From Candidatus Bathyarchaeota archaeon (GTDB taxonomy: Archaea > Thermoproteota > Bathyarchaeia > 40CM-2-53-6), in NCBI GenBank assembly GCA_963833125.1, contig CAWHWX010000005.1, positions 32,001 to 96,000 on the forward strand: 64,000 nt of DNA. Direction: 5' to 3'. The position numbers and the translations under genes were made by a program. Under the pieces are notes generated by a model. The model ran no database searches. It worked only from the letters and a program-made list of their open reading frames with translations, and was not told the origin of the DNA. Positions 9,502-19,944 of this stretch are shown here, piece after piece. Positions within the stretch are counted from its first letter, which is position 1. Each line of letters opens with the position of its first letter.

Positions 9502-10236
9502 TTACTTTTTCGCTGTCTTACCTCGTTTCTTCATCGCAAAGTACGCTACGGCTGCGATGATTACGATTACTAGGATTATGGCTGCTAGGGTTGTGGGGTC
9601 GGGACCGGTGCTCGTCGACTGCATGGTCGCAGTGGAAGTTTGCATCAGCGTCTGAACCATCTGCTGAGTCACCGTGGAGTACGCGACCATCGTAACCATT
9701 GTCGGAGCCGATGCGGAGAGGTTCGCGTTCACCTGTGCGACAACGGTTGAGGTTGCTAAGTTGTTCACGACCAAATCATACACGCCATCGGCGGGAATCG
9801 TAACCGTGAAGTTGTAGGACATTGTCCCTTTCTGGCTTGCGACCAGGCTTGCGGGCGTGCAGTTTCCGCCTGCGACGATCTGGTGGCTCCAAGCTTGAAA
9901 CGCCGGCGCCGTCATGAGATAAACGTCAACGTTACTGTTCGCGGAAACGGATCCACTCAAAACCGCATTCGCTGTCCCGTTGAACGCCTGAACAAAGTAG
10001 ACACCACACACACCATGCGTGCCAGGTATGGTGACGGACCCAGCGAAGACTGGCGTCGACCCTCCCTGAACCGTGGTTAAGGTCTGCGTTCCTAGGGTTA
10101 CAGTGCTCACTTGGCTACTCGTAGCGAGACTGGTGACAGTTATGGTTGAATACTGCTGGCTCTGCACGACCTGAGCAGCAGAAAGGAGAGCAACGACCAA
10201 GATGAGAGCGGTGATGAAGTGCTTCCCGTGATTCAT
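9502..10236 (-). CDS. Secreted, C-terminally anchored Ser/Thr-rich protein with a beta-sandwich (GOLD/emp24-like) domain
   Basis: Signal peptide, VDVYLM...GVYDLVVNN, C-terminal TM plus basic tail. Confidence 0.75.
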   Translation of the reverse strand: MNHGKHFITALILVVALLSAAQVVQSQQYSTITVTSLATSSQVSTVTLGTQTLTTVQGGSTPVFAGSVTIPGTHGVCGVYFVQAFNGTANAVLSGSVSANSNVDVYLMTAPAFQAWSHQIVAGGNCTPASLVASQKGTMSYNFTVTIPADGVYDLVVNNLATSTVVAQVNANLSASAPTMVTMVAYSTVTQQMVQTLMQTSTATMQSTSTGPDPTTLAAIILVIVIIAAVAYFAMKKRGKTAKK

Positions 10237-10347
10237 GTTAACCGCGAAAAAACAGTAATGTTCTCCTTTTATGGCTACCGATAAGCCCAGAACTTGTGTG
10301 CTCCCCCGCTGAACCAGCTCGAAACAGGCTAGAATTCCCGGAAGTCA

Positions 10348-10400
10348 CCCAATCTTGTCACTCAACCCCTGAAGGGCTGGTGACAACTTGGGCGGTTTTT
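10348..10400 (+). other. Imperfect intergenic hairpin followed by a T-run
   Basis: CCCAA/TTGGG, TTGTCAC/GTGACAA and CCC/GGG stems, then TTTTT. Confidence 0.5.
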
Positions 10401-10537
10401 GGGTGGGTGGCTCATGGGTGTGGGGGTCTTCGTGGAGGCGGGTTTGATGGGAATGTAGTCACTCTGTAACCACTCTCACGATAGAGTCGTCACACTGACC
10501 CGTTCTAGGCGATTGCGCTAACTTTTCTCGAAGAAAA

Positions 10538-11230
10538 ATGCGCAAAGCCGTCAGTTACCTCGTCCCGCTAATGCTACTGGCCCTCATGGCTCTAACCCCG
10601 GTTCACGCCTCAACCGAGCCCTCAATCCCAATCAACGGACGCTACTCAGTCTTAACGATCAAAATCTTCATCCCCACCTTCCCCAAGTGGGCGCATGATG
10701 TTGTTCTAAACGCAACCATCGCATGGAATAAGGCTCAGTTATGGAACCTCCAGAACAACCCCACCGCGACGTTGTACAATTTCGTTGAGACAGATGACGG
10801 CACCGCAACTTCAATCGTCAGCTTCTCAATGCCCGCTGCGTACGCTTCAATCGCGGTTGGTTGGACCATGTTCAAGTTTGCGCCGGGTTCACGAACCTCG
10901 ATAGTCTCAACCCAAACCTACCTCACCCCAACAGTCTTCAACGCTGCACAGGGCAGCAACGCGACTGCGAGGAGCTATGCGTTTTGGCTCGCCCTACATG
11001 AGCTCGGCAGGATTCTGGGTTTGGGTAGCATACTCGATGGGAAAGACATTATGGAACCAAGGTACACCACCGCTAGAATTACCCAAGTACCAAAGCTCTC
11101 GACACTCGACCTCTACGCAATACATGTACTGGCCCAAGGCAGTGCCCCGACCTTCGTAACCCTACCCGACGGAGTCCAAGACCAATTCACTCCGGTGACG
11201 ACCTTCCTCGAGTCGTCCCCATCTAGCTGA
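10538..11230 (+). CDS. Secreted matrixin/metzincin-like protein with a degenerate zinc motif
   Basis: Signal peptide; HELGRILGLGS and Met-turn DIMEP. Confidence 0.75.
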   Translation: MRKAVSYLVPLMLLALMALTPVHASTEPSIPINGRYSVLTIKIFIPTFPKWAHDVVLNATIAWNKAQLWNLQNNPTATLYNFVETDDGTATSIVSFSMPAAYASIAVGWTMFKFAPGSRTSIVSTQTYLTPTVFNAAQGSNATARSYAFWLALHELGRILGLGSILDGKDIMEPRYTTARITQVPKLSTLDLYAIHVLAQGSAPTFVTLPDGVQDQFTPVTTFLESSPSS

Positions 11231-11328
11231 TACCGCCTAAGCAAGGAAGATATTCCACAGCCTTTTCGCCCAGTCCAGTTGGTAAGCGCCTTTCCTTGTT
11301 CTTGTCAATTAGCAAGTAAGCAGACCGT

Positions 11329-11649
11329 ATGGCTCATATGGAACCAACGGGATTTCCCTCTCTGTCACCTATGTCAGATAGAGTTACGGTAGAAAGGAAG
11401 GAGTTCGAGGGCTTCCTAGCTGAAAACCAGAAACTCCTCGACCGCTCCCAATCACTGATGAACAGGATAGACCAGTTGGAGAACGAGAATAAGCAGTTAC
11501 GGGATGAAGTTCAGATGGCACGAGCAAAGCTTGAGTCCATAGAATCAAACATAGCCAACAATACCCGTCAGGGTGATGACGCGCTGAGAAAAGCCCGGGA
11601 AACTATGTCCCGGCTAGCTAAAGAAGCCGACAAACGAACATCCAAGTAA
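11329..11649 (+). CDS. Coiled-coil hypothetical protein
   Basis: Heptad-rich sequence (IDQLENENKQLRDEV). Confidence 0.75.
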   Translation: MAHMEPTGFPSLSPMSDRVTVERKEFEGFLAENQKLLDRSQSLMNRIDQLENENKQLRDEVQMARAKLESIESNIANNTRQGDDALRKARETMSRLAKEADKRTSK

Positions 11650-11687
11650 GCAAAGTACAACGTTAGTCGCAGAAAACTACGGCCCTC

Positions 11688-12239
11688 TCACACTCCACGC
11701 CCGCAACGATCACAAAACCTATCCGCCGCAGTGAGCGGGCGTCCGCAAACACAGACCAATCCTCCGAAATCAGCACCACAGCCCTGACAGTATCTTGTGG
11801 ATCGCACTATCTGGGAACCACAACGGCTACAGGCTGCGACCGGTTGCTGCTTGCTTAGAATCCCTGGCCGCATCCCCGTCGAAGAACTACTGGCGAGTTC
11901 CAGCTTGCTCTTCAACCGATTCAGAAAACCGCCCTTAACTTCCCCTACTGGTCGTACCTCTGGAATCTTCATAGACAGCTGCCTGGAGGCTTTCTCACTT
12001 TGCACCGCTTTCTTTTCAGAGGTGGCTAATGCTTGAAGTCTGCTCTCATCCATGTCCAGAATATTCAGCAGAAGTCTATACTTCTTCTCGAAGTGAGAGA
12101 GTTCCTCAAGAAACGCTTTCCATTCGGTCTCTTCGACCTGGATAAAGGAGTCCAAAGGCTTCTTCGCGTGAAGGTCTAAGCCTACTCTTAGAAAAGTATG
12201 ACGCACGAAACCTATGGAAAAGTAAAAGTGTAGTAACAA
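11688..12239 (-). CDS. Double zinc-ribbon domain protein (start probably downstream of 12239)
   Basis: CSRCG...YCQGCG...CVCG...FCDRCG. Confidence 0.8.
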   Translation of the reverse strand: MLLHFYFSIGFVRHTFLRVGLDLHAKKPLDSFIQVEETEWKAFLEELSHFEKKYRLLLNILDMDESRLQALATSEKKAVQSEKASRQLSMKIPEVRPVGEVKGGFLNRLKSKLELASSSSTGMRPGILSKQQPVAACSRCGSQIVRSTRYCQGCGADFGGLVCVCGRPLTAADRFCDRCGRGV

Positions 12240-12282
12240 GCCAGGAACAAGGGGTCGGGCGTCGGTTTGATCTGATTATGAG

Positions 12283-12985
12283 TTGCGGAATTTGAGTGAG
12301 AAGCACCTGAAAGGAGCGGAGGCTATCCTGAAGCGGAGTTTGAGTGATAGGGATCTCTCTAACGAAATTACGCTTTCAGCGAGGATTAGCCCGGCCTTAC
12401 CCGCGGGAGGGGTGCACTTTGATTGTCTATTGAAGGACCGGCAGGGAACCCTGTCCACATCGGCTGTGTTCTCAGGAACCTTAAGTCGCAGGAAACCCTT
12501 CACCGGGTTGCCTTGACGGAAACTATTTCGAGAACGTAGAATTCCAATCCCTCAACATCTCCCTAACCGATACAGGCCTCGATGTTCCACTCTTCAAGAT
12601 TCTAGGAGAACTAATCCCAACGGGGGGAAACTTCCTAGTAACCTACACGCCAAGTTCCGAAGACTCGCGAGCCCATAAAGAAACCGACCGGGCTTTGGGA
12701 AGAGGTTATCCTCCCGTAGTCACACCCATCGGCTACCTACTATTCCTTGCAGACTGCGGCATCGGACTTCAAGACATACGCTCAACAGAAAATGGACGCG
12801 TTGGAACCGGCAAACTACAGGGGCGCAGAGCGATGAACGCGGAAGAAAGGAAGAAGAACGGGTTATCTTTGATCCGTGAACTCCACCATTTCATGGGTAC
12901 CAAGTCTGAGGTTGATGAACTCGCACGCGCGTGCAGAACGAGAGCATTCGCAACGATAGAGAAAATTCATGCCACGAGCGGCTGA
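12283..12985 (+). CDS. DUF1122-family protein, frameshifted near 12510
   Basis: HKETDRALGRGYPPVVTPIGYLLF...G..KLQG motif; two ORF pieces. Confidence 0.7.
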
Positions 12986-13027
12986 ACCTAACATTCCAGC
13001 CGAATCGGCTTAGTTCTCGTTAACAGT

Positions 13028-13846
13028 TCACGCGGGTTCTCGAGTTTGCTTTCCCGGCTTGCTTCGCCAGACCTCATCGAAGAGTCTCTCAGAGAGCTCA
13101 ACAAGCGGTCTATTCGTGGTCCACACCGCAACATCAGACCCCTGATCAGTTCTAGCATCATCTGGCATACAGTCCAAAACCACCAATTCTCTTGAGTCCA
13201 CGCAAACGAAAATCGGAAGCGGTTCTTGGGTGGATCTGAAATCAACAATTTCAGAGAACTCATTCACTAGCGCAGAGTTCTCGGATGTTACGGGGGATAG
13301 TACCCTTACCTTCGCTCCCTGCTTAGCCGCATGTTCCAGGGCATTAGCGTGCACTCTGTAAGCTCGAATCAGTCCAGCTGAACTTGTTGAGTAGCTGATT
13401 GACTTCGAGGCGTCTTTCATAAGTTGATTCAGTTTATTGTAAATGCTTTTTCTCCCATCAACCTTCCAAAACTGGTCTGACTGTGTAGGGGTATCGCGCT
13501 TCACATACTTGCTAGATTCGTAAGTCATCGCAAGCGACTGTACGACCTGCTCGGAATCCTTAACGTCATGATCGAGCCGGGTGACTATGGGCATTAGAGC
13601 TTCTAGCGGTGAACCTGGGGAATAGATCTCTGGTTTCCCAGGCGTTATGCTAACCAATCCCTTTCGCTGAAGCTCCTTTATCGCACCGTAAGTTTTTGTG
13701 CGGGGAACTTGGCTGAAAAAACTTAGTTGGCTGGCTTTGATTGGCCCATTCCTCAGGAGCGCGAGGTAGAGTCGAGACTCGTACTCAGTCAGACCTAGTC
13801 TACGTAGAGCGGTAATCTCACTTTCTTCAGCTCCCAAGCAAAACAA
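13028..13846 (-). CDS. TrmB family transcriptional regulator
   Basis: LGLTEYESRLYLAL...VPRTKTYGAIKEL..KGLV; C-terminal effector domain. Confidence 0.92.
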   Translation of the reverse strand: MFCLGAEESEITALRRLGLTEYESRLYLALLRNGPIKASQLSFFSQVPRTKTYGAIKELQRKGLVSITPGKPEIYSPGSPLEALMPIVTRLDHDVKDSEQVVQSLAMTYESSKYVKRDTPTQSDQFWKVDGRKSIYNKLNQLMKDASKSISYSTSSAGLIRAYRVHANALEHAAKQGAKVRVLSPVTSENSALVNEFSEIVDFRSTQEPLPIFVCVDSRELVVLDCMPDDARTDQGSDVAVWTTNRPLVELSERLFDEVWRSKPGKQTREPA

Positions 13847-14328
13847 CCCAAGTGCGTTGGCTCATCCTGGAGCGAAGCGAGATCATCTTTCCGACATATA
13901 TTGGCACTATGGTTGAGGCCGCAACGAAAATGTCCAAGAAACATCCGTCTTCAGGTTAGTTGCGCCCACATAATCACCTACGGCTATTCTTGTACAAATG
14001 CCGCCCCTAGAGCACGGCATTCTTGACTAGACTTCGTGAGGGTGCAAACACAAACTAATGGAGGCACACATCGAGGAGCATCCAAATTCAGGTAACGCAT
14101 CCATAGGGGCTTCAGATCGTGGACTCAGTCGAACCGGAGAATCGCATCGAATCCGAATAGAACCGAGTGCGATTGCTCGTGCGACGAATGTATCAAAGGC
14201 GACCACGCGAATTGCCAGCTCGGCCTATGCTGGCCTTCCTGGCCCGTCTAGAAAGTTCCTGGCGAGAGGGTCGCCAAATCAGCAAGAAACGAGTATGCTT
14301 CACGGCTGCAAAATCTCAAAAATAATTC

Positions 14329-14832
14329 TCACGTGGAGTGCTGAAATACTTCTGCGAATTCGCCGCCGGTCAACTCTTTCAACTTCTTCGGGTCGATTCC
14401 GAAGACGGCGTTAGGCGTTCCGGCCGCGGCGTAGACTACCTGGAAACGCATTAGGCTGGGATCCAAAATCGTTCTTAGCGGATTATCGTGCGCTACGGGT
14501 GGGACACCGCCGACGGGGAAACCGGTAACCTGCTTCACCGTCTTCGCATCTGCGATCTTCACCTTTCCCTTCCCCACTCGATCAGCCAGCTTCTCGAGGT
14601 CTACTCTATTCGACCCACTTGCGATAACCAAGATCGGTTGTTGGTCATCTACGATGAAGACGAGAGATTTGGCGATCTGGGCTACTTCACATCCAATCGC
14701 TGCGGCAGCCAACTCGGAAGTTCGAGTAGATTTATCGAATGTTACGATTTCGATGTCTATTCCACGTGATTTGATGAAGTTCTGAACCAGCAACGAATTG
14801 TCGTTAATCGCCACGTTCGCACCTTCTTCCAA
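14329..14832 (-). CDS. YbaK/EbsC family aminoacyl-tRNA deacylase
   Basis: QIAKSLVF, TGFPVGGVPP, AAAGTPN. Confidence 0.92.
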   Translation of the reverse strand: MEEGANVAINDNSLLVQNFIKSRGIDIEIVTFDKSTRTSELAAAAIGCEVAQIAKSLVFIVDDQQPILVIASGSNRVDLEKLADRVGKGKVKIADAKTVKQVTGFPVGGVPPVAHDNPLRTILDPSLMRFQVVYAAAGTPNAVFGIDPKKLKELTGGEFAEVFQHST

Positions 14833-14957
14833 GTGTCTACTGGTTCAGTTGTCTTGATACGCACATTGAACGGACAACTCTTTCCTGTATACAGAAAAAT
14901 ATCGGTAGGCCTGACTCAAATCAGGCCTCTCGATTGAGGTAGGTTTCTAAACGGTTT

Positions 14958-15566
14958 CTAGTGCTTTGCTTTGGTGAAGCGTTGGTCAACATCTGACCAG
15001 TTTACTACGTCCCACCACTTGTCGACGTAGGCGCCTCTGTCGTTCTTGTACTGTAAATAGTACGCGTGCTCCCAGACGTCGATGCCTAGGAGTATTGGGA
15101 GTTGGGCGAGGTGCATGAAGTTTTGTTTCTCGACTTGTGTGAGGACAAGTTGGTCGGTGGTGTTGTCGTAGAGTAGTAGGGCCCAGCCTGAGCCTTCGAC
15201 TGCTTTAGCTGCGTCGCCGAATTGTTGTTTGAATTTGTCGAAGCCGCCGAAGTCTGCTTTGATCTTGTCGCCTACGGCGCCGCCTGGTGTTCCGCCTCCT
15301 TTGCCTGGGGGCGCCATGTTCGGCCAGAAGATGCTGTGGAGGATGTGGCCTCCAAAGTGGAAGCTGTAGTCCCTCAGAACTGCTTTGATGTCAATCTGGG
15401 CTTCGCCCTTGCGGGCTTTGTCAAGTTTGTCGAGCGCGGCGTTTGCACCATTCACGTAGGCTGCGTGGTGCTTGTCATGGTGGAGCGTCATTATCTCTTG
15501 CGAGATAACTGGTTCGAGCGCGTTGTACTTGTACGGTAATTCCGGAAGAGTGTATTTGTTTGGCAT
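14958..15566 (-). CDS. sod: Fe/Mn superoxide dismutase
   Basis: LHHDKHHAAYV, GGHILHSIFW, DVWEHAYYLQY. Confidence 0.97.
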   Translation of the reverse strand: MPNKYTLPELPYKYNALEPVISQEIMTLHHDKHHAAYVNGANAALDKLDKARKGEAQIDIKAVLRDYSFHFGGHILHSIFWPNMAPPGKGGGTPGGAVGDKIKADFGGFDKFKQQFGDAAKAVEGSGWALLLYDNTTDQLVLTQVEKQNFMHLAQLPILLGIDVWEHAYYLQYKNDRGAYVDKWWDVVNWSDVDQRFTKAKH

Positions 15567-15664
15567 AAGCTCAGAGGGTTGCGTCACGAAACATAAACCT
15601 TTCACCGAACCGGAATGGGGTTATGCGGTGATACGGTTATTCGAGCAAGCGAAACATCCGTAGT

Positions 15665-16072
15665 CTAGACTAGCTGCTTGACTTCTTCCGTAACCGCTTG
15701 TCCAAGGTGTCCGTAAACCGCCAGTTTCAGAACCTTCAAACCGAGTAAGGCGCATTTTATTCGTGTCGGGCCGGGGTCAATGCCTAGAAGTTCTAGAACA
15801 TTTGGCTTACCCATTGCTTTGACGTCGTCGAGTGTCTTTCCTTTGGCAACTTCGGTAAGCATAGAGGCTGATGCTTGGCTGATGGCGCATCCTTTTCCTT
15901 TGAAGCGTATGTCATCGATCTTGTTGTCTTTGATTTTGAGTTGCATTTCGATAATGTCTCCACACAGCGGGTTCGAATCCTTTGCCCGCACGTCAGGGTC
16001 GGGTAGGTCGCCGAAGTTGCGCGGGTTCCTGTAGTAGTCTAGGATAATGTCCTTGTAGATGTCAGAACTCAT
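15665..16072 (-). CDS. sufU: SUF system Fe-S scaffold/sulfur transfer protein
   Basis: NPLCGD, GCAISQASAS, RIKCA. Confidence 0.92.
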   Translation of the reverse strand: MSSDIYKDIILDYYRNPRNFGDLPDPDVRAKDSNPLCGDIIEMQLKIKDNKIDDIRFKGKGCAISQASASMLTEVAKGKTLDDVKAMGKPNVLELLGIDPGPTRIKCALLGLKVLKLAVYGHLGQAVTEEVKQLV

Positions 16073-17318
16073 CGCGCAAATAGCTTCCTGGCTTTCTCGA
16101 GAGCGTCAATGAACACGTCAACCTCTTCCTTGGTGTTGTAAATATAGAAACTTGCCCTTGAAGTGGCTGGCAATTCAAGGAATTCCATCAGGGGCTGAGC
16201 GCAATGGTGACCAGATCTAATGGCTATTCCCTCTTCGTCGAGGATAGAGGCGAGGTCATGCGGGTGAATGTCGCCTAAATTGAATGAAACCACACCGACT
16301 CTGCGCCCCACATCAATCGGCCCATACAAGGTTAGGCCTTCCACCTCCCTCATCCGTTCAAGTGCGTAGCCTGTGATCTCTTTCTCGTGATCATGCACGT
16401 TTCGCATCCCAATTCCTCGGAGATAGTCAACTGCCGCTCCAAGCCCGATGGCTCCTGAGATGTTAGGCGTCCCTGCTTCGAACTTGTAGGGGGGCTCCTT
16501 CCAAGAGGCCTCAGTTGTGTGTACTTCCCGAATCATCTCGCCACCGCCAAGAAATGGTGGCATACTCTCGAGTAACTCCGTCTTTCCATAAAGGCCCCGA
16601 TACCGGTAGGGCCAAGCATCTTGTGACCGGAAAAGGCGGCGAAATCGCAGTCAATATCCCTAACGTCAACCGTCATGTGGGGCACCGATTGAGCGGCATC
16701 AATCAAGAACATCGCGCCGTAACGGTGGGCTACTCGCCCAATCTCATTAACCTGGTTTATCGTCCCGAGCACGTTCGAGGCATGTGTCACGCAGACGATC
16801 TTCGTCTTCTCATCAACAAGTTCGTGAATCTCATCCTGACGGAGTTCTCCTGTCTGATCGATTTTGACAAACTCAATTTTCGCACCCTTCTCTTTGGCCA
16901 GTAATTGCCAAGGGACGATGTTGCTGTGGTGTTCCATGATCGTCAGAACGATCTTATCCCCGGGGCTAATGTTTGCTCGGCCCCAAGAGTACGCTACTAG
17001 GTTAATCGCTTCGGTCGCATTTCGGGTAAAGATAATTTCTTGGGTTCGCTTGGCGTTGACGAACTTCGCAACCTTCTCCCTGGCCTCCTCATGCGCAAGC
17101 GTTGCTTCCTCTGCGAGTTTGTGAATCCCTCGATGGATGTTGGCATTGTATTCTCGATAGTACCTGCCGATTGCGTCAATCACGACGTTCGGTTTCTGAG
17201 AGGTGGCCGCATTATCGAAATAGACGAGTGGTTTGTCGTTGACCTGGCGCTTCAGGACTGGGAAGTCCTCTCGAATCCTTGCCACATTTATCGCACTGAG
17301 CTTTTCAACCAACGCCAT
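16069..17318 (-). CDS. sufS: Cysteine desulfurase, frameshifted near 16590
   Basis: YFDNAATSQKP, SGHKMLGPTG, RSGHHCAQPL spread over two frames. Confidence 0.93.
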
Positions 17319-17396
17319 ATCACACGAATCTTAGTTGCGGTGGAGACATTATCGACTTCGAGGCGATATAAGCTCTCCAACCGGTCCACAGAGGTG

Positions 17397-17705
17397 TTAA
17401 ACCTGAACGTATACGCTTGTCCCTTCAACCTTCAAGCCGTAAGTCTTCAGAGGCACGGTGGCCGGTGGGTTTTGCACTTCTCCAGTTATCACGTCAAACC
17501 GCGAGAGATGGAGAGGACAGGTTACCACGGAACCGATTAGGAAACCCGTAGAGAGATCGGCAGTCTCATGGGTACACACCCGGTCCGTAGCGTTCAATTT
17601 TCCATCCACGTTAACGATCATAAGCTTCTTGTCCCCTAGATCCACTGCACGCATAGATCCCGCCGGAACGTCAGAAACTTCGCAAACCTTCACATAACCA
17701 CTCAT
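17397..17705 (-). CDS. Rieske-type [2Fe-2S] ferredoxin
   Basis: CTH...CPLH motifs. Confidence 0.9.
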   Translation of the reverse strand: MSGYVKVCEVSDVPAGSMRAVDLGDKKLMIVNVDGKLNATDRVCTHETADLSTGFLIGSVVTCPLHLSRFDVITGEVQNPPATVPLKTYGLKVEGTSVYVQV

Positions 17706-17920
17706 TCTGGACAGCTCCCCCTCATTCAAGGCCGCCGGCATTCCATATTAGAAAAGTTACGCCAATTAAGTGCAACAGATTTTCCATTATCGAGTCTGTA
17801 CCATTCACTTGTATGAATGCGATTCTGAGATATCGGAGTCACAGCCTAATCCAAGTAAGGACTTAGTCGGAGAATCCCGATAAGTCTTTAATCCATTCAA
17901 ATCCCTAGCGGAAGCTTGTA

Positions 17921-18475
17921 TTGCTGATGAGTCAGAAAAGGGAAATTGCAACCCTAGCTGGAGGGTGCTTCTGGTGCACGGAAGCAGTATTCACGGAGTT
18001 GAAGGGCGTCGAGCAAGTTGAGTCAGGTTACGCTGGCGGGACTGTGCCAAATCCGACTTATGATCAAGTCTGCACGGGCAGAACGGGGCACGCGGAAGCG
18101 GTTCAAGTTACCTTTGATCCATCAATAATCTCTTACGAAGAGCTTCTGAAGATCTTCTTCACGGTCCACGACCCGACAACCCTCAACAGGCAGGGAGCGG
18201 ACGTGGGGACTCAATATCGCTCGGCAATTTTCTGCCACGATGATCAGCAGAAGTCAGTAGCGCAACAGGTCGTAAGTGAGGTCACGGCAGCAAAGCTTTG
18301 GAAGGCGCCTATAGTGACGCAGATTGAACCGTTCCACGCCTTTTACAAAGCGGAAGCCTATCACATGGATTACTTCAAGAATAACCCACGCCAACCCTAC
18401 TGCCAAATGGTTATCGCGCCGAAAGTGAGGAAGTTCCGGGAACACTACATGGAGAAGCTAAAGAGCCAGGTTTAG
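17921..18475 (+). CDS. msrA: Peptide-methionine (S)-S-oxide reductase
   Basis: GGCFWC, GHAEAV, GTQYRS. Confidence 0.96.
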   Translation: MLMSQKREIATLAGGCFWCTEAVFTELKGVEQVESGYAGGTVPNPTYDQVCTGRTGHAEAVQVTFDPSIISYEELLKIFFTVHDPTTLNRQGADVGTQYRSAIFCHDDQQKSVAQQVVSEVTAAKLWKAPIVTQIEPFHAFYKAEAYHMDYFKNNPRQPYCQMVIAPKVRKFREHYMEKLKSQV

Positions 18476-19889
18476 CGGTACTTGTAGTGTCCCTCGAATA
18501 TGTCTCTGGTTTTGTGTCCTTCTTCGTAGTATTCATCGTCGAATGCCGGGACCGTTAGGGAAGAAGTGAAGTCGTAGATTCCCGACCACTTTAGGTCGAG
18601 GATCCGTCGAATCCGTTTCGCGATCTCCGGTACTGGTATTCGTTCGACTATTGGTTCGAAGAATCCAACTATGATGAGTTTCTTCGAGTCGTCTTCTGAT
18701 AGGCCTCTCGACATGAGATAGAATATTTCTTCCTCATTGATTTGGGCAACTGACGCCGAATGAGTGGCTTTCACGTCGTTGGTGTCAATTTCAAGCCCGG
18801 GTATGGCGTCGGCTAAAGCATCCTTCCCAAGTATCATTGCATGCTCCGCGAGATAGGCCCGGGAGTTTTTGGCGTTTTTATCGATTCTAATCATGCCTTT
18901 GAAAATGGCTCTTGACTTGTCCTTGACCACCCCTTTCGAGATGGCGTGGCCGCTGGTGTTTGGTCCGCTATGGGTTATGTTCGAAACGGTATCGAAGCGT
19001 TGTGTGCCCGCTCCAAACACGACCTCAACATTCTCAGAAGATGCGCCTGATTCTTTCATTACGCTCTCAATTCGAGAACGTGTAAACGCCCCGCCCAACA
19101 ACCCGGACGCCCAAACCATCTTGGTGTCTTGTTTCCCGATCGATTTCTTGTTCGAGAACACGTTTACGCTTTGGCCAAGGTTATTGATGCTGCCGTAGGT
19201 AACTTCTGCCCCATCGTGTAGATAGACCTCCGAGAGGTTGCTGTAGGTTGATTTTCTCGATTGAGCAGTCAGACGGGTCGAGTAGAGTTCTTCAATAATC
19301 GTGAACTTGCTCCGATTTTCCGCCATCACGAGATTCTGGGCGAAAACTCCGCTGTCTTCAGAGTCGAGTATGGTTACAAATCTGAATGGGACGGTTACCT
19401 CAATGCCTTTCGGGACGCGCAGGTAGAATCCTGAGGTGAAGAGGGCGTTGTTCAGCGCTGCGAACTTGTCTTCCTCTGGGAGTATTGCTTTCTCTAGGAA
19501 GTAACGATGGAAAGTTTCCGGTTCGTTGTGAATCGCGGTTCCTATGTCTGTGAAGGTGACGCCTTCCTTTCGGAGGGCTTCAGGTATCTCCGCGGGAAAG
19601 TTTTCGATTCGATCTGGAATATGGTGAGAGCTCTGTCCGATTTCAGCTTGTCCATAACTGTTTCAATTTGTGCCTTCGCAGGTTCCGTAGGGGTTAGAGT
19701 TGTAGATTCAAAGTCGACTCCGGCCAAGTCCACATACTTGGTGTAGAGGTTGGAGGTCTCGGCTGGCAGTTTTCGGTAGAGGTTGAGTGACTTGAGGCGG
19801 AATTCCTGCAACCATTCCGGTTCCTTCCTCGATTCTGCCAGCGAGCGGATGTACTGGTCGGTTGCTTGGGTCAGCGTCAACGTTGACAT
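18472..19889 (-). CDS. sufD: Fe-S cluster assembly protein SufD, frameshifted near 19595
   Basis: IPGLEIDTNDVKATHSASV, FYLMSRG; N-terminal part in another frame. Confidence 0.9.
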
Positions 19890-19944
19890 TAGTATGCACT
19901 GCCTCGGGCAGGGGAGGTCGGTACAGATTAAAGGAGGGTTTGGT

